The notes under the pieces: generated by a model
Seen by the model: the letters and a program-made list of their open reading frames with translations, nothing else
Told to the model about the DNA's origin: nothing
Databases searched by the model: none
Made by a program: the position numbers and the translations under genes
Shown: positions 59,201 to 64,000 of the stretch, piece after piece
Layout: every line of letters begins with the position of its first letter
Numbering within the stretch: the stretch's first letter is position 1
IMG/VR virus record: IMGVR_UViG_3300025162_000052
Location: 3,309-67,308 of that record
Source of the DNA: a virus
Length of the DNA stretch: 64,000 nucleotides
Direction: 5' to 3' (one strand)

Positions 59201-61311
59201 TATATGCTAGTATAGGAATAGATTATATATTGAATACATATATGAAAGATAATGGAATAACTACAGAGAATAAGAATAGTTACGCTAAAGGACTATTTTT
59301 AGGTAAAGATACGTTATCTAAACAATTGACTAAGTTAAAAGCAACAGTAGATACATTAGATATATCTGGTGATACTAAAGACTTTATAAAACACCACTTA
59401 AGAGAACAACCCTCTAAGAATAGTAGAGAATTACCAGAATTTATAAAAGCTACTTCTAAACTAGATGAATCAGGTAAGACTAAATATAGAACTGCATGGG
59501 TGACACTAATTAATAGTAGTATACCAGAGGTTTCTAAATTCGGTAAAGATTTACTAAGTTATACATTTCTAACTACAGGAACAAATAATAGTAGATTTGG
59601 TATATCAGATATTATACCTTATAATTACTTAATAGAACATGGTTATAAAGACCATTGGGATAGTTATACAAACCCTGATAATGTAGACACAATGAGTATG
59701 ATATATGATGTAATATTAAATAATTTTAAAAATAAAGATATAGCACCTAGAGTTAATCCTAGAAATATAGATACTTATATTATTAAAAACGATAAAGGAC
59801 AAACATTTGAGATATTAGATTTTTTTAGAAAGAATTATAAAGGAGTTAAACAAGAAGTTAGTAATGAGAATTTTAAAAAATATTATAAAGCTAAAACTAA
59901 TAGTGGAGAAACTAGTATATTAATAGGAGAAGTTGGTAATAATAGAAAGATATACTTACCGTTTATAACAAATGAAGTACCTATATTAGACCAATACGGT
60001 ATGCCTACTGAAAAGACTGAAGTTAAATTGTACGCATTATATAATAAAGGAGATATAGATTATAATCAACCACCTATATATATTAGAGTAAAAACTAAAG
60101 GATACTACGAAAAAGGATTTGGTATTAAAGAATATGGTGGTATAGAGTTAAATTTAAATAAGAGTATTAATAGTGCTAATTTAATTAAGAGTAAGTCTGT
60201 AAATAAAATAGTAGAATTAAATACTGTAGGTAGATTAAAAAGTGAAATGTCTTTAAATGAAGTCTTAAAAGCTGAAGAAGAAGTAATAAATGAAAGTGTT
60301 AATTCTGTACAGGAACAAAATATATATAATCAGTTAGGTAATAAAACACAATCAGAAAATGTACAAATTGTATCTTGGGGTAAATTAAAAGAAGCTAAAG
60401 AAAGTATTTTACCAAATTATATAATATCTACCAGAATGCAAGGAACTAATAAGCATTTTGGTAATCTTTATAGTCATGATTTACAAGGTAAAACACAAGG
60501 TTTAATTAAGACAGAGACTATAAAAGAAGCTGTTGAAAAATATATTGATTGGATTATCAATTCACAAGATGAAAGAGCAAGTTGGATTAGAGAACAACTT
60601 AAATCAGGTGAGTTGAAAGGATTATCTATCTTATATTATAAAGAATTAAATGAACCTTCGCATGCTACAGCATTAGATTATTTAATTAATAAGTACGATT
60701 GGAACAATATACAGGAACAAGTTCAACAGAATAAACCTATAATAGAAGAAAAAAAGAAGACTACTTATTTAGATAGAGTTAATAATATAGATAAAATAAG
60801 TAAAATATTTAATGCTGTAATCGAGTTAAACAATAGCGAAAGTCATAGATATAAAGATCTATCTGTATTTAAAGGTTTTATTGTAACTTTTAGTATAGTA
60901 AGTAAAGATGAGATTACTATTTATATAAAAAGTATAAAGAAAGAAGATAATAATTATAGAATAATAAGTAGAGGTGCTGAAGGAAGTAAAGCAGGACAAT
61001 ATAATTTTTTAGTTGATGAAAATGGGGATGTATTAAGTGTGACATCACAAAAAGGTAAAACATTTACAGGCGATACAGGTGCAAATATAATATATGATGT
61101 ATTTAAAGAAGATATGTATACAGCACAAGCCATAGATAATCATTTAGATTATACAAACAATAAACAAAATATAGAACAATTATCAAGTATAGAACAAAAA
61201 GATAATAATTTAGGTAAGATAGTAGATTTTATGAAAGAACTTACAACTGAACAAAGAAATACGTTTAGAAAATTGAGAGACTTAGGTAAATTTGATATAG
61301 ATTGTAAATAA
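47284..61311 (+). CDS. giant virion RNA polymerase polyprotein (TM cargo + zincin + two-barrel RNAP + accessory domains)
   Basis: Catalytic GSDFDIDK (DFDID at 57469-57483), TDGQ, P.K, RIPTQG and SAFVD..KD; HEILH at 52282-52296; hydrophobic Gly-rich N-terminal segments. Confidence 0.93.
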   Translation: MSNTNDLYNYLNPSDNSDKEIDEFLKRAIKAPSSTPYLPTGVEGESRIYEIPENVKNFEGYVDLTKTNLGDWNNVLEQRAKNQSSWEVAGNAAKRFGATTLTKFGQGVGFIGGFLDWASGGFGIDNISKMTDNGVSKMFEGLENWAKEQLPIYHTKAYTEGNVLQKMGTLGFWADDAVDGFAFMASAMLPGGILKGIGTGTKFGVKGLQLGSKISEGVEGLFNTAKQEGKIFTNLVTRGAAGDKALEGSKVYNWVKNAFGANNIDRNLITTWNTIAESAMEARDAKRQTFEQLVKQTGKTEDELTPQEKQDLNLRASKVALNTFGANLFIVGLSEHFMNKMWGTLKPEEKAIQKESKNILEPVLTPSIKDYGKMIKRNVLSNMLREGVWEENSQLAVSDFFRESELGKDNRDFVSGSFGNMIKNFTTDEGQQNIILGAITGILPGVYHGYHQVKADNKFSKSMRDNLVYHFNNIKQGITYAYEKDEQGKPILAKPEDIYQIDGIKLNPTKLDELHKGLADWFEKTGIVAQIDPKGVGSQIRDLLDSKAMYYYLNQDGGLDVLKGHVKLATEQNLRDAEKNGILTPEYEKEQRELADNRIAQAEKFNALNKHLQQGRITNIDLGKENDEVRSFREVMLMKQYDKLTDVLAYRQSSNKQGEDTYHNYDGSQVQEQKKIQSTINLINQDKLSEIDDKYLQQIGITKQALTNLPSNEIISVKEKLLNSLNKQNDNLNKSVEKDRTSLKDANKEYERLTSEKGIKEEFELYKKSKVEHEVKEKEIKDTIKKDRESYKSNTAFDILGNDLFNTEDNTNTLYGKFVDESNIHPDHKEKHKKEYRVKEDFTDSLKNAEQVINDNIEKFYNKDGEIDNNAVQQYAAEANILKSLSPENAVKVINQVLQEDKSIENKQQVLDKNNKVLNTLGKDGEELFPLSDDIKDIKDKDKVTLSEQESTRLENTEKSIIDNLGVNRIKVVNNTNLNDVKYFETTDNITDLVKEFDRLGLKDYSYFRVENSSIEALENNLKQYIEHIPESITKLFTQLKKQLEDLKRVQSKGKITKLIANNLKRIDESLAKLNKELEKLTSENTNVKSSVLYSVLERGNRIGAGVHEKVSYMPFAEGEYQDKIPGHDYSGEVLDNYAKILDEKVCEFHVRPDSNQSYSQDNAAEKYINNEFAKGKGLKQILVELRKNVFLLGELKTAMNSLDYTDVDDIGQQELAMYDLVNIKLVDEDKTRNPDTIELWIHKPRVLIYEREKLNKELKDVEDEQEIKRGENILESTDESLDNLRERRKILINNIRNNPIIKIDRKIGGRIFVGNTKVGYDKFAGQLSGKIEGIYIKTESGKFEGIDGKVLDTKISDSFNDYTSNGNVIVAVKDGDNIRLILLNVDNIGEETIPLILQILQHKVNNEPHTQEITVDGHINGKSIKLTGQLGDVFDTFLKWNPYVRLDRDGNVVRELSDNKTPYRFELGNKEGKYGILFGKDGFISKDAINDLTNPIYKDQLNNFTKWLQTTKRYNIDKSKLGKISNVLLNKQKLDYNNFITNFLSTKVQVSGKGKSASVSSFPTLILDYDGIKYEKTLEVVSKYEDVLDKELTFEEFVNKTGVDNKALVNVLKQTIKSVQDKTGKEIKIVIKRMDDYGFITDNTITLSTNTLENHTSSSILSTIAHEILHAYINNNITSKQRIELAQEFSNILTAVVKNSILDDNTVNSLLINWITRSRELPKSDPTNKDRLTIENEIAEYVRKTVNKNNFTEYKIKSIAKTLVILCNQTDVTDELITYTSTNPIFAKFLQSINVETTNEKGVTVSKSLYARIMELIHNIVDAIIPKSSFTKIYDILAENEIENKEKISVQFVTEKVDTKSIVKETELEKIDREEQLKKINKDLEKELDRNEVFGIDNRIYLPNNEITVYDKEGNKHILDGRVVESGAGMGVKTKWIYDGKLGDRLKGNIPDLYYKPIQEIQQKYQQKRDELNKEVPVQEETISISEDVKKDINNDAEQFIEQIVDGTIITSKESLTQEDLKVAADGIFAWLVDEQHIGLKGETIEIPFKKDTKTQGSVLSKLNKVIELQKEVNPVWAANLKLLTENIDELETIFKAQLNKYKLRFDENREVKDEDRSKSDTKDEESTNMAGIQEHIRKPYENDYRDSANGNIRFLVDKLADVENKLDSNGKVVYKRDKTFGFKKLADSNTTWKTLMQNLHDASNTDDIFGKYDNYGELIQEGKLAKLVKRFPVFKEFADKFKIEWKDGKIVKTGVPKERYVQLFNVFEKWEHIFYKTSINNTDKGIFYKSLNQTKMETQTSIMEQWTNSFINSDLFDYTDNKYNKVEFGKVKAKFDELYKDLISNSDFQNTYPGETRADIDTRSKKYNTNIEFEKAKQTILDIVNKLGIKIDMPTIEFIIEKITNSSNSGMIKLNALIGSKGLGLNYMINNIDKVVKGTSKVNENNLEKNNHISDINKGDIKRIVNFFIQQHPEFIETNISSVEDADYHTMTLHHHITRIVQDLKNGNFSYLDVLKSMPQFSNSRWIKQIDENRNNKEFIEKLNVITFNYMKNENTGDIGKQYTDLSQLEQSVQVMTDLMSVIKDKDNKAIFTPMTFSSRTSWYKLTGFEPIDIVLSINNKGNFEILDNTRDTFIGYLQDELNRIEQVQKQVSGDLPESDWIEKFHYYTSAKEAIERWGKLGIKILETDLEWNESKTKVVGYNKGNKVIPIGMGAELRLFPGLQEYLSPTDTGTFEVKTDLNKYIDNILHSRINDIIKRFTELGIISKLSNGLYKNSLIDGNLLEKHKDYYKVNDTGLTEEQKILVNNSITSKAIQNIITNVAVNHISSGIEFEKLLGIEPSIWKSRGDETKRSSVWSSTKETQDDSTLLDKMYEGQVTNNKSEKGERVYNVAIIKDIKRPSSVFNDIFKIYKEQYKKENPTINDKDVDKIVASILKPFGANNVTDGQTWANPYKMMDMMIRTGRWSDNHQEVFDYLEMKGKWNKPINEIPISDLERISELAHTIQFNPMKTLYLGYKELKGKNSNILAQVVMKHSEATLFKRFVQDKESQELYDRMTGTGIYQGMNSIDMISAESVFKGALPNNISLYQKGEDLIHDNNGESKVIQTQITDLKNIYTFPLLAKNMGVQLEVPIHKAEFTKLGTQAKKIVMSNIEYNTEYTLGGVTITGKELLPHLNNVLSMLSNKGLDDVIKELEYNPKTGKINEQKVLDKIVDNLKRNQVGEEFINAVKSGIMLDAFGGLRNKIVQSLNKYIQDRTVDIKLNGAPLVQVSSMGVYKGLKGLSELGVKNYKEYSDKVGKLQINFNTDGSLKSYDTIVNIGIFRTLIPDYSKNTFEQNKEWLMKNKEVLELLAHRIPTQGDASIVIAQVVDVVPDGSGDIIILPDEITTSTGSDFDIDKLFVFKYNYKEENGELSKIDYDADSRERYIRYVNEKIGKEVITDKFDEETEKGLVKRDKVISYKEFQKLPLEQQQTKESLQNRLIDVFKSILQNKAHTLETLTPLDNNDLKDHSNKIGVLTGNTRDLDDLEFYGLDNTIKIKQNLLGGKSNVGSAALNRVDIPIAQQLGYTIKGISKIGGKLGIIIDNGKVIPIGRLKDQVENDNYYDLSLRDTNFKDNDGVLVADRFNRLLSAFVDIEKDDYITNLNMSDYVINIASLMYRLGMGNYTEVYTAQPFMKMLDEWKSNYDNELVKKPSYQEFQWSDEINGYKNKFNPLGKDFDFYIKTEKYFRDILAANTIEDIVNGKTKNAGVSNKHETQTFDEYRWSPAHYNMDSLAFTYKPLEDRMYGTNEMYEFMRIQRWLNNPTKDNLIHADNFKDGSKFVEKEVTLEMLQNYAMKQLDMLYHYKLLEKVANKLRGVTLAGRADTGSIGNNIYSIEAQTNKINELKDSNDVREFKYKIEPYDSTNPEKDSMFIGTNLDNHIGTLTDILSGQMLWYNNDYKNSIVNTMYRMLPTGTNTSEEKIKKIGNELYASIGIDYILNTYMKDNGITTENKNSYAKGLFLGKDTLSKQLTKLKATVDTLDISGDTKDFIKHHLREQPSKNSRELPEFIKATSKLDESGKTKYRTAWVTLINSSIPEVSKFGKDLLSYTFLTTGTNNSRFGISDIIPYNYLIEHGYKDHWDSYTNPDNVDTMSMIYDVILNNFKNKDIAPRVNPRNIDTYIIKNDKGQTFEILDFFRKNYKGVKQEVSNENFKKYYKAKTNSGETSILIGEVGNNRKIYLPFITNEVPILDQYGMPTEKTEVKLYALYNKGDIDYNQPPIYIRVKTKGYYEKGFGIKEYGGIELNLNKSINSANLIKSKSVNKIVELNTVGRLKSEMSLNEVLKAEEEVINESVNSVQEQNIYNQLGNKTQSENVQIVSWGKLKEAKESILPNYIISTRMQGTNKHFGNLYSHDLQGKTQGLIKTETIKEAVEKYIDWIINSQDERASWIREQLKSGELKGLSILYYKELNEPSHATALDYLINKYDWNNIQEQVQQNKPIIEEKKKTTYLDRVNNIDKISKIFNAVIELNNSESHRYKDLSVFKGFIVTFSIVSKDEITIYIKSIKKEDNNYRIISRGAEGSKAGQYNFLVDENGDVLSVTSQKGKTFTGDTGANIIYDVFKEDMYTAQAIDNHLDYTNNKQNIEQLSSIEQKDNNLGKIVDFMKELTTEQRNTFRKLRDLGKFDIDCK

Positions 61312-61314
61312 AAA

Positions 61315-61370
61315 AATAACCCACTACAATCCTATATGGAAAGTAGTGGGTTTATTTCTTTGAATTAAGT
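61315..61370 (+). terminator. intrinsic terminator after the RNAP gene (possibly bidirectional)
   Basis: CCCACTAC/GTAGTGGG stem flanked by an A tract and a T-rich tract. Confidence 0.75.
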
Positions 61371-61649
61371 CAATCTCCTTAAAGTGTATGTACAATTGTT
61401 CGGATAAAATTTTTATACTCAACTCTCAAAAAGTTAATTTATCAATTCTATAAAAAATAAATACAAAGGTTTTTCCTTTGGAGTTTTGTAAAATTAAAAT
61501 ACAATAAATGTTATATAAGATAAGATATAGATTTTGATACATTCTACTGATTTTAAATTAATTATAGAGATTTAAATACATTGTACACATTAGGTTTTAC
61601 ACTCATAAGTGTAAAGAATAATCTCAGGAGTGAATTAGTAGTATAAAAA

Positions 61650-61681
61650 TTTGGAAATTACATAAAGTTTTGTTTACTTTG
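61650..61681 (+). promoter_or_regulatory. near-consensus Bacteroidota promoter
   Basis: TTTG(61650-53)-N20-TTACTTTG. Confidence 0.55.
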
Positions 61682-61710
61682 TACATAAATTTAATTTAAA
61701 ACTAAAAAAT

Positions 61711-62226
61711 ATGAGTATTATCTTACAAAATGAGTACACAAAATTTAATTCAGCAACAGGAGAAGTTGTTACTACTAATAAAAGATTTAAAATAAAAGTA
61801 GAACAAGATAGTTTTTATATGACTTATATAGAAAGTATATCAGGTATTTTCAAATTAACATCAGCTGTAGATATTAAAATATTAATAAAATTATGTACAT
61901 TAGCTACATTTGATACAGGAGATGTACAACTTAGTCCACATATTAGATTAGAAATATTAAAATCAGTAGGACTAAGTACACAACAATTAACTAACTCGTT
62001 AAATAATTTAAAAAAGAAACATCTTATTACTGGAATAAGGGGAGATTATAAACTTAATCCATTAGTATTTTGGAAAGGGAGTAATGAAACAAGAAATAAC
62101 ATGTTAAAGGGAGATGGTAAATTAAAACTAGAATTAGAATTTGGTTATAAAATAGAAAAGGAAATAGATAATGACACTAATTTACAAATTACTATGTTTG
62201 AACAACAAATTAATAATAAAGAATAA
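61711..62226 (+). CDS. RepL-like winged-helix protein
   Basis: GEV, F.M.Y, R.EI....G.S...L.NSL..LKKK.LI....G.Y.LNP.VFWKG motif. Confidence 0.8.
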   Translation: MSIILQNEYTKFNSATGEVVTTNKRFKIKVEQDSFYMTYIESISGIFKLTSAVDIKILIKLCTLATFDTGDVQLSPHIRLEILKSVGLSTQQLTNSLNNLKKKHLITGIRGDYKLNPLVFWKGSNETRNNMLKGDGKLKLELEFGYKIEKEIDNDTNLQITMFEQQINNKE

Positions 62227-64000
62227 ATGGCTTGTACAACAATCAATATAAAAGACCCACATTTACAACAACTGATAAATAAACTAGGTCAAAAAGAAGG
62301 TATGATTAAGTATCTTAAAAGTATTGAATTTGCTTATAAGAATTTTAATATACCTAGAGAGTTTAAAGAATCTTATGATAAATTATATAAAGAATATAAA
62401 CAATATGCTGATAAAGCTATTAGTTATCCTACTGAAAATCAAGCAAAATTAAATGCTGAAAATTTAGAGAAAATATTTGGTAAAGGTAATGTAAGTATAG
62501 TAAATAAAGGAGATAGAAATACATCATGGTTAGTAGTACCTATTGCTCCAAAATTAGAGAGTGAAAAAGAGTTTGAAATAAGATGGAATAAAGAATTAAG
62601 TCCAGAAGATAGATTTAGTAATGAGATATTAGAAAATAATCTACAGTATATAGAACAATTACCAGATATAGATTATAATAATAAAGGTGAAGTATTAGCA
62701 CCTAATGGTAATGTAAGTAAGTTGTATAAAGATATTGAGAAGTTAGAAGGAGTTACAAGTAAACAACAAACACTACAACTATACAAACAAACAAGAAGTA
62801 AAGAGTTTAAAGAGTGGTTTGGTGATAGTAAGGTAGTAGATGAGAATGGTGAACCTTTAATAGTTTATCATAATAGTAATGCTAAATTTAATACTTTTAA
62901 TTCTAATAGGAAACATAATAATATAGGTATATATTTTACTCCTAATAAAGAATATAAAGAAGAATTTAAACAATTCGGTGGAAATACAGGTATTGAGTAT
63001 GCTGTATTTTTACGAATAACTAATCCAGATTATAACTATAATAAATCTAGCGAATATATTAATAAAGATGAATACAAAGAAATACTAAGTGATAATAAAG
63101 ATGGTGTAATAGGGCATAGTATTAATAAATATAAAATTATTGATAGTATTGATATAAGCTATGATAACCAAATAGATTATAAAGAGGAACAAGTATTATT
63201 AAATAAAGGATATATTAAAACAGATGTAGATGAATCAGGTAGTTATTCTTTAGTCTTACAAGAGGAAATAAAACAAAACAGGTTAAATAGTGCAAGTGAA
63301 ATAATAGTCTTTGAACCAAATCAAATAAAATCAGTATTTAATCAAAGTACATTTAGTAAAGAGGATGATAATATATATTATGTAGAACAATTATCAAATA
63401 TTCCTATAGATTATCAAACACCTGAATATATAGCTAAAATTAAGTTAGACTTAATGAAACAACTTAAAAGAATACAATCATTATCTAACAAAACTAAAGG
63501 TGGAGTAATAGAAACTAGATTAGAGACTATATTAAAACAATTAGATAATGTAAACGATGCTGCTGGAATTGCATATCTTAAACATTATGCTATAGAAATG
63601 ATAGGTGGTAAAGAGATTCAAAAAGATGGTAATACTAAAGAGATAGAAGGTGCATTATATAGTAAACTACAGAAGTATCAATTAGAACAACAAGAAGTAT
63701 CTAGTCGTGGTACTAACACTGAAGAGTGGGATAAGTTTATGGCAAAGTACGCTAACTTCTTATTAACAACTCGTAGTATAATTAATGGATTTAAAGAGAT
63801 GAGAGAAATTGGTACTCAATCTTTACAGGCTATGGAGAATCCATTAAAGGTGCAAATAGTAGGATTAAGAGACGCATTAGGTGCTAGACTAGATGAAATG
63901 AATGTTAATATAGGATTAGCACAGGCTAAATTTTTTAGAGATAGATTTAAAGATTTAAGTACTGACCCTAAAGTATTGCAAGGTATATTAGATATATTTG
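62227..64000 (+). CDS. large virion cargo protein with ADP-ribosyltransferase-like (ART-PolyVal) domain, partial
   Basis: Open frame from MACTTINIK to the window end; APNG..S.L, FKEWFGDSKVVDENGEPLIVYH, GIYFT, VFL.I.NP, DGVI, EIIVFEPNQIKS..N..TFS..DDNIYY. Confidence 0.85.
   Translation, partial: MACTTINIKDPHLQQLINKLGQKEGMIKYLKSIEFAYKNFNIPREFKESYDKLYKEYKQYADKAISYPTENQAKLNAENLEKIFGKGNVSIVNKGDRNTSWLVVPIAPKLESEKEFEIRWNKELSPEDRFSNEILENNLQYIEQLPDIDYNNKGEVLAPNGNVSKLYKDIEKLEGVTSKQQTLQLYKQTRSKEFKEWFGDSKVVDENGEPLIVYHNSNAKFNTFNSNRKHNNIGIYFTPNKEYKEEFKQFGGNTGIEYAVFLRITNPDYNYNKSSEYINKDEYKEILSDNKDGVIGHSINKYKIIDSIDISYDNQIDYKEEQVLLNKGYIKTDVDESGSYSLVLQEEIKQNRLNSASEIIVFEPNQIKSVFNQSTFSKEDDNIYYVEQLSNIPIDYQTPEYIAKIKLDLMKQLKRIQSLSNKTKGGVIETRLETILKQLDNVNDAAGIAYLKHYAIEMIGGKEIQKDGNTKEIEGALYSKLQKYQLEQQEVSSRGTNTEEWDKFMAKYANFLLTTRSIINGFKEMREIGTQSLQAMENPLKVQIVGLRDALGARLDEMNVNIGLAQAKFFRDRFKDLSTDPKVLQGILDIF

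Noticed and set aside
61288-61311. C-terminal FDID of the RNAP mimicking its catalytic DFDID loop
   Set aside because: A four-residue match in a 4675-aa D/I-rich protein is compatible with chance.
3960-64000. Stop-codon reassignment (TAG/TGA), known in some Crassvirales
   Set aside because: All core genes, including a 14-kb ORF, are uninterrupted in code 11, TAG and TGA end genes normally, and no suppressor tRNA is seen.

Overview
AT-rich fragment of a crAss-like (Crassvirales) phage of a Bacteroidota host. It reads in standard code 11 with no sign of stop-codon recoding. Positions 1-3473 are a leftward (minus-strand) region of small genes interleaved with about 2 kb of densely base-paired non-coding sequence. 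That region holds two tRNA-like elements, a ~360-nt multibranch RNA and a hammerhead-ribozyme core. From ~3960 a rightward module runs to the end of the window. It carries a PD-(D/E)XK nuclease, a cassette of three glycosyltransferases and a methyltransferase, DUF3310, ferritin, IHF/HTH proteins, terminase, portal, scaffold, major capsid, ring, auxiliary and hub proteins, a mosaic fibre locus, the muzzle, cargo proteins, a 4675-aa virion RNA polymerase polyprotein and a truncated cargo protein with an ADP-ribosyltransferase-like domain. The most unusual signals are the ribozyme/tRNA-mimic/structured-RNA cluster, a free-standing paralog of the capsid insertion domain next to terL, and two membrane-anchored EAD11-like proteins where a holin might be expected. 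All family calls come from motif recognition by eye, with no database search.
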